Positions 22,511-39,776 of a stretch of 64,000 nt of DNA are shown here, in pieces; position 1 is the stretch's first letter; each line of letters starts with the position of its first letter. Origin of the DNA: the human T2T-CHM13v2.0 reference genome, Homo sapiens; NCBI RefSeq assembly GCF_009914755.1, contig NC_060935.1, one strand, 5' to 3'. The position numbers and the translations under genes are program-made. Below the pieces are notes generated by a model. It made no database searches and was not told where the DNA came from. It was given only the letters and a program-made list of their open reading frames with translations.

Positions 22511-22632
22511 CCGTCGGCCTGGGCGAGGCCACGGAACATGCCCTCCCCGCCCGGGCAGTGTCTCTGACCCTGGAATATGCCATCCTCGGTGCTGAAGTGC
22601 TTCACCGTCCTGTCCGCGCAGCCCACCAGCAT
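22511..22632 (-). CDS. WDR74: WDR74 coding exon 3
   Basis: MLVGCADRTVKHFSTEDGIFQGQRHCPGGEGMFRGLAQAD(G). Confidence 0.95.
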
Positions 22633-22718
22633 CTGCGGCAAAGAAGGGCAAGATGGCGAGGAGAGCGAGGCTGCTGCGCCCCAGGCCCCCAGCTCCGGCC
22701 CGACCAGGGGCCACTCAC

Positions 22719-22825
22719 CTGGGTCTCGCCGCCGGTGCCCCAACACAGGGCGCTCACTGCCTCCTCGCGCCGCGGCTGTCCTCCGGCCGTGAAGTTCGCC
22801 GCCTGTTTTCGCTGAAGATTTACCC
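22719..22825 (-). CDS. WDR74: WDR74 coding exon 2
   Basis: VNLQRKQAANFTAGGQPRREEAVSALCWGTGGETQ. Confidence 0.93.
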
Positions 22826-22903
22826 CTGAGAGACGAAGGCGTCAGTCACGCCAGGGGCGCGAGTGCACCCCTGCACTTCCCGACGCCCGAGCCTGCCACC
22901 CAC

Positions 22904-22967
22904 CTTTCAAGATCCCAGTCTCGGTGCCGACCCACACATGGTTCCAGCGTGCAGCAGCAGCCGCCAT
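22904..22967 (-). CDS. WDR74: WDR74 coding exon 1 (start)
   Basis: MAAAAARWNHVWVGTETGILK(G); Kozak gtcATGG. Confidence 0.95.
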
Positions 22968-22969
22968 GA

Positions 22970-23100
22970 CAAAGCCTGGAGGCAGACAGTTCACACTTCC
23001 GGCGCAGCGTGTGCGTCACCAGCGGGCGTCGAGTCCGATGCAGCGCAGTGTAGTTGCTGGAAGTTTGAAGAGCCGAAACAGTAAAGCTTCCATGCTTGTT
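22970..23100 (-). promoter_or_regulatory. WDR74 proximal CpG promoter with ETS (CCGGAAGT) and ACTACA motifs
   Basis: acttccgg 22995-23002; tgtagtt near 23050. Confidence 0.6.
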
Positions 23101-23318
23101 TTGCTTTACGAAAATGAAACCAGGAGGTGCTTGTTTATGTAGATCGGAAGAATACATTGATCATTTTGCACTTGGGGGTGAAAAGCACCTTTCCTGGACT
23201 GCGTGGCCGGATCAAGCCAGCCCTAGTCTGTCTCCCGGCTCCATTATGTAATATGTGTTCTGGACTGTTAGACAAGAAACAACAAACGATTTAAGAAACG
23301 ATTTAAGAAACACTTTAG

Positions 23319-24833
<1,515 letters not shown>

Positions 24834-24980
24834 CTACGCTCCGTGCTCAGTTATAAAACAAAACCTTCTCTCAACAAGACACTCAAACACGCGTCATTCA
24901 ACACACTAGCGATAAAAACACCTAATCCAACTCAAACAACAAGAACATAACTATTTAGCTTGTACCCTAACTGATCGAAA

Positions 24981-24993
24981 TCTTCCATTAAAC
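24981..24993 (-). terminator. snRNA 3' box (Integrator processing signal)
   Basis: GTTTAATGGAAGA about 22 nt downstream of the U2 3' end. Confidence 0.75.
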
Positions 24994-25015
24994 AACGGTT
25001 GTTCTCTCCCCGAAG

Positions 25016-25206
25016 GGAGAGTGCACCGTTCCTGGAAGTACTGCAATACCAGGTCGATGCGTGGAGTGGACGGAGCAAGCTCCTATTCCATCTCCTATTT
25101 CCAAAAATCCATTTAATATATTGTCCTCGGATAGAGGACGTATCAGATATTAAACTGATAAGAACAGATACTACACTTGATCTTAGCCAAAAGGCCGAGA
25201 AGCGAT
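25016..25206 (-). ncRNA. RNU2-2: U2 spliceosomal snRNA gene (single-copy locus outside the chr17 tandem array)
   Basis: Reverse complement reads ATCGCTTCTCGGCCTTTTGGCTAAGATCAAGTGTAGTATCTG...; intact branch-point recognition GTAGTA, Sm site ATTTTTG and stem-loop IV TTGCAG. Confidence 0.97.
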
Positions 25207-25248
25207 ACCTTTACTTCGGTCGCCTCGGCGGCCTTATCCTTCCCATCT

Positions 25249-25266
25249 TCCAACCAGTTATGGTAA
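25249..25266 (-). promoter_or_regulatory. snRNA proximal sequence element (PSE)
   Basis: TTACCATAACTGGTTGGA at -60 to -43, PSE-like and at the canonical distance; no TATA box (Pol II type). Confidence 0.8.
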
Positions 25267-25421
25267 CTATCCAGGCACTAAATGTTAAATTATCTCCCAA
25301 TACATTATAATTCCGAAACACAGTTTTCATTATTCTTTCTTTATAGTAGTGGCTATATTTTGGAAACAGCCCTATTTAAACGTCCTCTACTTCTTCCGCC
25401 GCCTGCTCCCTGCTCAGTTTG

Positions 25422-25440
25422 TTTTGCATAAACCCGCCCC
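25422..25440 (-). promoter_or_regulatory. snRNA distal sequence element (GC box + octamer variant)
   Basis: GGGGCGGGTTTATGCAAAA at about -234 to -216. Confidence 0.8.
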
Positions 25441-26484
25441 TTTCGCTTTTTTAGGATCCTGGGATTGGTCCACACACCAGTCGTGATTTCAATGCCCGCG
25501 TGGCCTCCTTTTCCCCGATTGTGGCGTTAGTCTCCCATCCTAGGGGTTTTTCGGCTTTCCAGGGGGCGGCGGGACAGTGCTGCAGGTGGCGGCGCCCCTC
25601 TCCGGGACCTTTCTTGGGAGAAGCCGCGGCGCGGTGTCAAAGCACAGGTTTTGGAGTCCAAAAAAGGAGGTTGGGCTCCCTGCTCTCCAGTTCCTGACTT
25701 AATGGCCTGGGCTTGGTATTTAGGCTCTTGTTTCCTCCCCATTTAAACGGGGGAAATGGTGACACTCACTCTCCGGAGTTTGTGAGAACTGAGGACATAG
25801 GGGCGAGGCACGACCCGCACCTTGCATTTGTACTGTCCGCCAGCAAACATCTGGCCCTTCACTGAGAGGGAAAGATGCCCTGAGAAAGCCATTTCAGAGG
25901 CTCCTGATCCTCAAACCCGGGATCCCGCGGTGGGAGAAAGGTGCTGACGCCTCAGCCCCGATGTCCTCCGACCCACGCACTCTTTAGAGTTACTTTCAGG
26001 CCGACCAGCAACGCGGCAAGGCATCCCACCCGGAAGTCCGACCGAGAAACCACAGGGCCTCTCCTCGAAGGCAGAGGCAGGGTCGTTAGAGGACTGGGGC
26101 GAAGGAGGAGGAGGAGAGTGTAGGTAAAATTGAAATGGAGCGATTTTTTTTTAATCGATCAAAGCAAGCTCGCCAGAATGAAAGGGATTAATATGAGGCC
26201 CTGGCTGAGAAGGGACTTAAGGTCTTGCTTTCTTGGAAGCTCTATTAATATAAACGTGGATCGTTCTGTTGGAAACCCCTTAACCTGGGTTGGAAATAGA
26301 GGCGGTGTCTTTGCATCAAAGCGTCTTGCATGGCTGAGATCCTCCAGGCAGGAGTGGGGCGTTAACATTCTCACTGATAAAATGTCAACCGGCAAAGCTT
26401 CTGATAATCTATGATTTTATGACACTGGTATTAATAAACAAAAGAAATTTCTACAAGTTCTCATAAGTAAACCCAGAGCCTTCA

Positions 26485-27318
<834 letters not shown>

Positions 27319-27459
27319 GGGGCAATAAGAAACTAGTACAGGGGCAGGGCCCAGGGCCTCATTCCTGTAATTCTAGCACTTTGGGAGGCCAAGGCAGGAA
27401 GATCACTTGAGGCCAGGAGTTCGAGACCAACCTGGACAACATGGCGAACCTTGTCTCTA

Positions 27460-27667
<208 letters not shown>

Positions 27668-27992
27668 TCATGTTTTATTTTCATGAAACTAATATACCTT
27701 AAATTGTCAACTAGTGTTAAAAGACTTATATAAAAACAGTAGTTGCCTGTGTCCTGCCTCATTTTACACCCTACTTTTATTTTATTTAATACTATTTATT
27801 TACTTTATTATTTTTATTTATTTATTTATTATTATTATTTTTTGGAGACGGAGTCTTGCCCTTGTTGCCCAGGCTAGAGTGCAGTGGCGCAATTCAGCTC
27901 ACCGCAACCTCTGCCTCTTGAGTTCAAGCTATTCTCCTGCCTCAGCCTCACGAGTTGCTGGGATTACAAGCATGTGCCACCATGCCAAGCTA

Positions 27993-28773
<781 letters not shown>

Positions 28774-29060
28774 TGACCTCGTGATCTGCCCGCCTCGGCC
28801 TCCCAAAGTGCTGGGATTACAGGCGTGAGCCACCGCACCCAGCCTGCTTTTCTTTTTTTTCTTTTTATTTTTTAATATAAAGATGGAGTCTTGCTATGTT
28901 GGCCAGGCTGATCTCAAAACTCCCAACCTCAATCTATCCTCCTTCCTTAACCTCCCGAAATGCTGGGATTACAGGCTTAAACCAGGGCACCTGGCCTTTT
29001 TTTATTTTTCTTTTTTGAAGACGAGAATGTTACAAAATTTTTTTTTTTTTTTTGAGATAG

Positions 29061-29279
<219 letters not shown>

Positions 29280-30235
29280 TGATCTACCCGCCTCGGCCTC
29301 CCAAAGTGCAGGCTTGAGCCACCGTGCCCAGCCTCATTTTTATTTAATTTTTTAATTTTTTATTTCTTTTTTTGAGATAGTCTCACCGCAACCTCTGCCT
29401 CCCAGGTTCAAGCAATTCTCCTGCCTCAGCCTTCTGAGTAGCTGGGACTACAGGTGCCCGCCACCATGCCCAGCTAATTTTTGTATTTTTAGTAGAGATG
29501 AGGTTTCACCATGGTGGCTAGGCTGGGTTTTTCATTTTTATTGCATCCTCCAACTCTTCTGAGAATTTATTGAATGCTTTCCCAAAATCAATGCATATTT
29601 GCCTTACACAATTTTGCATACAGTTTTTGGGGGGATTCTTGGAGCCCTGCTGAAGCCCATTAAATTAATCTACACACTAACAACCACAGCCCCAGAGAGA
29701 CAGGGGAACCTGACTGAAGGTGTCCAAATATCTGATAAAAGGCCACAGAAATCCGGAAAGGGCTGGACAGACATGAAGGAACAGGATCTAAAGGTCCTTG
29801 GGCCATTGTGGGCAGCCCTGGTGAAGGGCTGACTGGGATGATCTTTGGCTCCAGGACTTGAGTGGCTAACCTGGGCCCATATTCCCTCGTGATTTTAAGA
29901 ATTAAAGAAAGAGGAAAGACAATGGGTGCAGTGGCTCACGCCTGTAATCTCAGCACTTTGGGAGTCTGAGGAGGGCGAATCACTTGAGATCAGGAGTTTG
30001 AGACCAGCCTGACCAACATGGAGAAACCCCGTCTCTACTAAAAATACAAAAATTAGCCGGGCATGGTGGCACATGCCTGTAATCCCAGCTACTCGGGAGG
30101 TCGAAGCAAGAGAAGAGAATCGCTTGAACTCAGGAGGCGGAGGTTGCAGTGAGCTGAGATCGTGCCACCGCACTCTAGCCTGGGCAACAAGAGCGAAACT
30201 CTGCCTCAAAAAAAAAAAAAAAAAAAAAAAAAAAG

Positions 30236-31170
<935 letters not shown>

Positions 31171-31822
31171 TCAACCTTACCCTTGCTAATTTTATCTGCT
31201 CCCTGGTTCTCTAGGAATTAGCTTTGACCTCCCGGGCTCAAGCCACCCTCTCAAGTACCTTAGCCTCCCAAGTACCTAGGACTACAGGCATGCACCACTA
31301 TGCCTGGCTAATTTTAATTTTTTGTAGAGATGGGGTCTTGCTATGTTGCCCAGGCAGGTCTTGAACTCCTGGCCTCAAGCAACCCTCCTGCCTTCACCAC
31401 TCAAAGTGCTGAGATTACAGCCATGAGCTACCATGCCTGGCCAGGTATTTGCATTTTCTCCCTCTATTCACACTCTGCTGAAATGTCCCATGTAGGGCCC
31501 TGGCTTTCCTTCCCTCTGTTCTCTGGTGATGACTGACTCAAGGTCTCTAGCCTGCTGGTCAATGGTGCCAGGCACCATTACAGGTACTTTATATGTATTA
31601 ACAACCTTAAGAGATAAGTAGGTGCTTTTAATGTTCCCTTTTACAGAAGAGGAGACTGAGGCACTGTGGCCAGGTGATTTTCTTTTTTTTTTTCTTTTTC
31701 TTTTTTTGTTTTTTGAGATGGAATCTCGCTCTGTCAACCAGCTGGAGTGCAGTGGTGTGATCTCGGCTCACTGCAAGCTCCTCTGGAGCTTAGGGAAGAG
31801 GTTCTTGCTAAAGACCTTGTAG

Positions 31823-32307
<485 letters not shown>

Positions 32308-32907
32308 TGAGTAGCTGGGACTACAGGTGCATGCCGCTACACCCGGCTCATTTCTTTTAGTAAAGATGGGGTTTCACCATGTTGGCAAGGCTGGTCTTGA
32401 ACTTGTGACCTCAGGTAATCAGCCCACCTTTGCCTCCCAAAGTGCTGGGATTACAGGTGTGAGCCGCTGCACCTGGCCAGTCCCCACCTGACTTCTTTGT
32501 GGCTTTAACAAAAGATTCAGCTGTGGGCAGTGGGGAGACTTCCCTCAGTTTGCAAGTCAGTACCGTGCAGGTTCCCACTGCTTGCACTGCTTTTCTAAGT
32601 TTCTGTTCTGCTGATCCTCCATCTCTAAATTCTGGTGCTCCCCTAGGGTCCTTGGGTGGTCTTCTCAGAATTGACTCTTCCATTCTTGTGGTTGTAAATT
32701 ATTGTGCTGACAACTCTCAAGTCTATGTGGCTACCATTTAATGAGCAAAAAATGTGTGTTGTTTCAGCTGAGTTGCTGTTCTTATAATTCTGACCGGAGA
32801 AATCCTAAAATTTACAAACAAAAATTAAAAACAGGGCCTGGTGCGGTGGCTCACACCTGTAATCCTGGCACTTTGGAAGGGCGAGGTGGGTGAATCATCT
32901 GAGGTCA

Positions 32908-33174
<267 letters not shown>

Positions 33175-33886
33175 TTATCACTACTTGGTGTCCATTCTCC
33201 CAAACACTTTGAGAAATATAAGGGTAGTCATTATCTGGTGGCTTACAACAGAATCACCCAAAGGGGGGCTACCTGTCAATGCAGGCTGGAGTCTCCAAGC
33301 TCAGGGAAGATTTAAAAAATTGCTCTTCTGAGGGATGCAGGGTGCAGTGGCTCATGCCTGTAATCTCAACACTTTGAGACACTGAGGCAGTGGGATCACT
33401 TGAGCCCAGTTCGAGACCAACTTGGGCAACATAGTGAGACTATCTCTACAAAAAATTAAAATTACCTGGGCATAGTAGGCATGTCCCTATAGTCCCAGCT
33501 ACTCGGGAAACTCAGGTGTCGGATCGCTTGAGCCCAGGAGCTTGCGGCTGTGTTGAGACATGATGACACCACTACACTCCAGCCTGGGTGACAAAGAGCT
33601 TCAAAAGAAACAAAAACAAACACACACACAAAAAAAACCACACAAACAAAAAAAAAACAGAAAAAACTGAAGAAATCTCTCCAAACATATTCTGCCTGGT
33701 TAAAAAGATTGAGAACCGGCTTTAATACCTGGTGGCTTAAAAAAAAACCCACAAAAAACAAAAAACAAAGAAAAGCAGCCAGGTGCAGATGTCTGTAATC
33801 CCAGCACTTTGGGAGGCAGAGTTGGGTGGACTGCTTGAGCTCAGGAGTTCAAGACCAGCCTAGGTAATATGGTGAAACTGTCTCTA

Positions 33887-34599
<713 letters not shown>

Positions 34600-36304
34600 T
34601 CAGATCGAGACCATCCTGTTAACACGGTGAAACCCCATCTGTACTAAAAATACAAAAAAGTAGCCGGGTGTGGTGGCATGCGGCTGTAGTTCCAGCTACT
34701 CAGGAGGCTGAGGCAGGGAGAATGGCTTGAACCCAGGTGGTGAAGTTACAGTGAGCCAAGATAATGCCACTGCATTCCAGCCTGGGTGACAAGAACGAGA
34801 TTCCACCTCAGAAAAAAAAAAAAGGCACAGGTTTGGGAGGCAGGCAGATCACTTGAGGTCAGGACTAAGCCTGGTCAACATAGTGAAACCTCTACTAAAA
34901 TCCCAATAACTAGGCTTGCTTGGTGACAGGTATCTGCAATCCCAGCTACTCGGGGCTGAGGCAGGACAATCACTCAATCCAGGTGGAGGCTGCAGGGAGG
35001 CGAGATGGCACTACTGCACTCCAGCTTGACTCCATTGTCCCTTGCTTCCCCCAGGAAAAAACAGATTTGGGCTGGGTGTGGTGTCTGTAGTCCCAGCCCC
35101 AGCTGCTGGTTAAAGTCAAGTAGGTTTACTTAAGCCCAAAAGCTTGAAGCTGCAGTGAGGTTGTGATCATGTCACTGTACTCTAAGACTAGGCAAGAGAA
35201 AAAAAAAAAAGATGGATGTTCTACTCAGGTTACTCATTTAACACACTGCCTATCAGGCAAACTGTCAGATGTCCCTTCAAGTTCCAGGTACTTCAGGGAG
35301 CATGAGAGGAAAGCCAGTTTCCCATGGAAATTTACACACTGATGCTAAGAGACACATACACACAAAAAAAGTAAACAGGACTATGTAATCAATCATTTTA
35401 TTATTTTCATCAACAACCAACACAGCAACACAAATTGACAGCCAGTCCTCAAGGGAACCTTTTTTGAAGTGAAGAGCAAGGCCCTGAATGAGCTACCTAC
35501 ATGGAACATAGTATTTGCAATATGCAAATGGAGACCTAAAGGCTCATGACGGGAACAGAAGGTGGCTGTATACAGAGGAACAGACACGAAGTGGAGTTAT
35601 GGGAAGTTCAATCAACAATTGGCAACAAGCTAGGTCAGTAGTTTACGAAAGTGGTCATCTATACAGTGCCTGAGTTTGGGTTCTGGGCCTGGATCATGTA
35701 AGAAAGGCAGCAAAGTCTGGGTGCCATGAATCACACCTGCAATCCCAGCACTTTGGAAATCTGTGGTGAGAGGATCTCTTAAAGCTATGGCCTTGAAACC
35801 AGCCTGGGTAACAAAACCAAGCCCTTGTATCTAAAAAACAAAAGGGCAGGTAGATTCCAGATAAATAATGTTGCAGGAAGGGGGTGATAAAATACAGAAA
35901 TGTGATACACAGCAAACCCTCAACTGCTGTTTCATTGGCTCCCAGTGTCTTAATCTGTGTCTGCTAACACTTTAAGGTACATCTGAAATACCCCCCAAAC
36001 CCAGAAAGCTTTTCAACAGCTAGGTTGTCCAAGAACTTGGAAAATTCACCTTCTGATGTCCTCCAAGACAGATTCCTGCAGAGGTAAAAAAAAAAAGTTC
36101 TTATTGGATTGGAAAATACAAATGAACACAATATTTAACACTATGTAACCTAGGAGCAAAAGGTTGCTATTATAAAATCAGTTAAATATTTAAACAGATA
36201 CCTACCATTTTTTATACACCTTATTTGCTCAGACCTGGAAAAAATAAAACCAATGTTTTCAACAAGTGATGATTACTCCCTTTCTCTGTATAGAAATCTT
36301 TATC

Positions 36305-36430
36305 ATCCCTCAGACAGTTCCTTCTGGAACAAATCTTCCTCTTCTCCCCCAGCCAGTCCCAGTGGGTTCACCTTTACAGGCTCTGGGACTAGGACAGAGA
36401 GTAAGACATGTGAAAGTTTCTTCATTGGGA
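36305..36430 (-). ncRNA. SNORD22: C/D box snoRNA U22 (18S pre-rRNA processing)
   Basis: TCCCAATGAAGAAAC...GGAACTGTCTGAGGGAT, 126 nt, TCCC/GGGA terminal stem. Confidence 0.95.
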
Positions 36431-36722
36431 ATTTTTAGCATAGTCCACCTTACATTTAGGTTTACTCACCTGTAACTTCAGCCTGGAGTGAACACAGACA
36501 CCTAGTTTTCCTGCAAAATCAAGAAAGAAAAATGTAGTCTTGAGAGACTTTCATTCTATGTCACATTTTACAATCTCTCAATTGTATCTATTGCTTGGCA
36601 GAAAGAAGTTTCAGGGCACATTTTATAGGAAACACTACTTAGCCCAAGAACTTCCTATTGGCTGTAAAGCCTCCTCAAATAACTTGCAATTTTTAGAACA
36701 TGTCACTGGAAGGCAGGCTCAC

Positions 36723-36790
36723 AGCTCAGAAAATACCTTTCAGTCACACATTGATCAGACTGGGGCGGTATTCAACTCATCACTGGTGAG
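36723..36790 (-). ncRNA. SNORD31: C/D box snoRNA U31
   Basis: CTCACCAGTGATGAGTTGAATACCGCCCCAGTCTGA...TTCTGAGCT. Confidence 0.93.
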
Positions 36791-37057
36791 CAGCAATTCA
36801 TCACTGGTGGTTCAGGAGATCAAAGACTTTGGGTTAAGCCAGTTATGTCTGTGTACATTCACCCAGACCACAGTGCTATCACACACAAAAATCACAGAAA
36901 ATTTTATATAGCAGCCATTGATGGTAACTATTGCAAAGCCATTTACCTCAAACTCCTCTTGGGCTTTAGAGAGAAGGTGCTGGCCCTGAAAGGAGGAAGA
37001 CCAAGTCAGTAGTGCTTCTCATATCCCGCATTATGTTGTTCCCACCCATCATTCTCA

Positions 37058-37127
37058 GAAAATCAGATTTCAGAGTCTCAACAGCAAGTCATCAGCCGAA
37101 CGAGATTCCATGTAAGTCATCACAAAC
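37058..37127 (-). ncRNA. SNORD30: C/D box snoRNA U30
   Basis: GTTTGTGATGACTTAC...AATCTGATTTTC. Confidence 0.92.
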
Positions 37128-37298
37128 ACAGGCCTAAAAAGGCACTTTTTCCTACCCTATATACTGAGTGCATTGAATACCGTGAAATTACTCACCTTTG
37201 AGCCAAGCAGGTTATTGGTTAGTAGTACCTAGAGAAAAACAAAGCTGTGGGTGAAAGATTCCTCAGACATGGTTACCCCCCACTCCCTGCGTTCTCCA

Positions 37299-37363
37299 GT
37301 TTCTCAGGTGTTCATGTATTTTCACTGTCGGTCATAGTGAGCTAGTTTGATTCATCATAGAAA
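37299..37363 (-). ncRNA. SNORD29: C/D box snoRNA U29
   Basis: TTTCTATGATGAATC...CACCTGAGAAAC. Confidence 0.93.
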
Positions 37364-37556
37364 CTGCCTACTTGGTGGCATAAGCTGTAAGGAACAAAAA
37401 ATATCAACTAACCTCTCAGCTCTGAAGGCTTTTCAATGGTATATAGCAACAAGCTGCTCCTGAATCAAAAAATCATTCAATTAGCTAATTATCCCAAACA
37501 GCCAAAACTATTTTAGTTACGGTTGCTAATGGACAAACTAAGAAAAGGTAACCAAA

Positions 37557-37680
37557 TGTCTCAGACAATTCCTTATGGAATAAGCTCTCATGCCCTCTTC
37601 ATGTTAACCCTGGTGAGTTCACAATTACTGGTTCCCAGGCTAAAACAGGGGTAAGGCAGGATGTTTCCTCCTCATTGGAG
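37557..37680 (-). pseudogene. Divergent second copy of U22 (SNORD22-like)
   Basis: Colinear similarity to SNORD22 at 36305-36430, including CAATGA(G)GA box C and TTCCAnAAGGAAnTGTCTGAG box D end. Confidence 0.8.
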
Positions 37681-38015
37681 CAGAATCCTGGAAAGCTACA
37701 ACTGACAAGCATTCGTCTGACCCTGGGCAGATCAGTGGGCATCTATCTGAGAAAAAAGGGGCATATATCAGTGGGCATCTATCTAGAAACATCACTACAG
37801 AGAACAAGAGGAACCAGAAAACTTTATGGGTTAAGCAGGCTTTGGTAACAAATATCAAAATGGCTAAGTTATCTATTAGATAATAGGCCCATAGAATTCG
37901 AAAAACAACTTACTGTAAGATAGAGGCAGACTGTCATCAGGAATACCTGGAAAGGAAAGCAAATTAGTTATTTTAAGGTATTAGGATGGAATGAAGCTTA
38001 TTCATAAACAACAAC

Positions 38016-38090
38016 TGCCATCAGAACTCTAACATGCTATTAACTTTTGTACCTCACAGAACATCAGCTTATCAATTCAAATCATCTGAC
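38016..38090 (-). ncRNA. SNORD28: C/D box snoRNA U28
   Basis: GTCAGATGATTTG...TAGCATGTTAGAGTTCTGATGGCA. Confidence 0.92.
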
Positions 38091-38406
38091 AGTAACGTGA
38101 TCGATATATGGATGAGGGTAACAGCACACCCTTACAAGAACTGTAGTACCGGGTTGCGATCTCCCTCCCCAGAAAATCATTTCAAGAGGAACAAGATGGA
38201 AGGCGCCAAAAAACATTGTTCCGCCGGCCACTTGTTTTCTTGAACATTTACAAAGATGACATACACCAATTTGGATAATTACCTGTATTCACCCTGGGAG
38301 GCAGCTGAATTCCCCAGGATAGATTATGAGATGCTGTAGACAACAGAGGAAAGCATTTTATGTACCTAAAAATAGTCATTCAAAGACCCCTTAAGACCTC
38401 TCTCTC

Positions 38407-38478
38407 ACTTCTCAGTAGTAAGATGACATCACTTGAAAGTTCAGCCATATGCTTGTCATTTTGTGTTCATCATGGAGT
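38407..38478 (-). ncRNA. SNORD27: C/D box snoRNA U27
   Basis: ACTCCATGATGAACAC...GACAAGCATATGGCTGA...CTACTGAGAAGT; guide antisense to the 18S 5' end. Confidence 0.93.
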
Positions 38479-38686
38479 GGTTATCTACAAGGTCTCCTCT
38501 GTAAGAGCATAAACCATGTACACCTACCTGGAACATTACTGTAACGCTGGCTTTGCATAAAGATGGGTCTTGTCCCATTCCTTCACCAGTAAGCTCTTGT
38601 GGGCTGAACATCTGAAAAAATAACACCCTTCACTAACACCTCAGACAAATCAATAGGGCCCTGACATTTGTTGCGTACAGTACAGT

Positions 38687-38761
38687 GCTACTCAGAATTT
38701 TCTGTTTTCTCCACTAATCCATCAGAAAGAGAGAGTTCAGTTCGTAAAATCATCCCCGTAG
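38687..38761 (-). ncRNA. SNORD26: C/D box snoRNA U26
   Basis: CTACGGGGATGATTTTACG...TTCTGAGTAGC. Confidence 0.92.
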
Positions 38762-38959
38762 CAACTTCCACACACTCAACGAAAGAGCAGAGATTAAGAA
38801 ATGGCCGTAAGAACTTACTGCAACAACAGAGCTCTCTTCGGTTCCAACGTGCGCGTAAATCCTGCAGACAGGAGCCCAATAAGACATTAGGTCAACTCAG
38901 GGCATTTCGAAAACGCTATTTTCTGAACAGACGGCTAAGCAAGAGGCTTGCAGGGCCCA

Positions 38960-39026
38960 TCTCCTCAGAGTTATTTATCCTCACGGAGCTCAGTACAGGT
39001 CTGTGAAAAGGTCCTCATCATAGGAA
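38960..39026 (-). ncRNA. SNORD25: C/D box snoRNA U25
   Basis: TTCCTATGATGAGGACC...CTCTGAGGAGA; boxes C and D, terminal stem. Confidence 0.93.
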
Positions 39027-39284
39027 GGGGGACCTACACGGCCCGCCATCGCCATTTTGTCCTTCACAAAGCCCCACTGCTACTTTTAAGCCTCGAGGCC
39101 ACGCACAAGACCTTATCCGCCAGTCGCCCTGGCCAGGCAGCTACAACACAGAAGGCATAGTGCGTGCTATGCTATGTTCGCACAATCGCTCAAAAGAAAA
39201 TAAAAGAAAAAGACAAAGTACAAAAGAGTAACAGCTATAAAGACCACGAAGCCACTTACCACGAGCAGTAGAAAAATGAGAACG

Positions 39285-39520
39285 AATCTCCCCGGGGAGA
39301 CGATTAAATACCATGCCGCAGAGGCCCACGGGATTTGGGGGCGGGGCTACGGCGAGCGCACGCGCATACGTTGACCGCATGCGACCCCGGGGAGTTGTGG
39401 GTAGAGAGTTCCAGGGAAGGAGGGCGTAGACAAAGCGCCACCTGAACTTGCGGCGCGAAAAAGGCGCGCATGCGTCCTACGGGAGCGTGCTGGCTCACCG
39501 ACCGCATTGCGGCTTGGTTT
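39285..39520. promoter_or_regulatory. Bidirectional CpG-island promoter shared by SNHG1 and the SLC3A2 distal TSS
   Basis: Head-to-head genes; E2F ggcgcgaaa 39452-39460; NRF1-like gcgcatgcg 39466-39474; GC box. Confidence 0.8.
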
Positions 39521-39664
39521 TCTCACCCAGTGCATGTGGCAGGAGCGGTGAGATCACTGCCTCACGGCGATCCTGGACTGACGGTCACGACTGCCTACCC
39601 TCTAACCCTGTTCTGAGCTGCCCCTTGCCCACACACCCCAAACCTGTGTGCAGGATCCGCCTCC

Positions 39665-39776
39665 ATGGAGCTACAGCCTCCTGAAGCCTCGATCGCCGTC
39701 GTGTCGATTCCGCGCCAGTTGCCTGGCTCACATTCGGAGGCTGGTGTCCAGGGTCTCAGCGCGGGGGACGACTCAG
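39665..39776 (+). CDS. SLC3A2: SLC3A2 (4F2hc/CD98hc) distal exon 1 coding part of the long isoforms
   Basis: MELQPPEASIAVVSIPRQLPGSHSEAGVQGLSAGDDS; Kozak tccATGG; donor CAG|GTAC, phase 1. Confidence 0.93.

Larger units (their letters stand above)
35380..39282 (-). ncRNA. SNHG1: SNHG1 (U22 host gene, UHG) lncRNA; short exons separated by snoRNA-bearing introns
   Basis: Pyrimidine-rich 5' start CTCATTTTTCT, first donor GTAAG at 39259; exons e.g. 38819-38861, 38528-38611, 38283-38333, 37914-37946, 37196-37228, 36947-36985, 36470-36510, 36206-36234; AATAAA 35397-35402; no long ORF. Confidence 0.92.

Noticed and set aside
24999-25310. 103 aa ORF (...IEDVSDIKLIRTDTTLDLSQKAEK...)
   Set aside because: Antisense translation of U2 snRNA, a known spurious ORF.
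35380-39282. Protein-coding potential of SNHG1 ORFs, or a CRISPR-like reading of the repeated TGATGA/CTGA boxes
   Set aside because: The ORFs are short and cross introns; the repeated motifs are snoRNA C/D boxes in a eukaryotic host gene.
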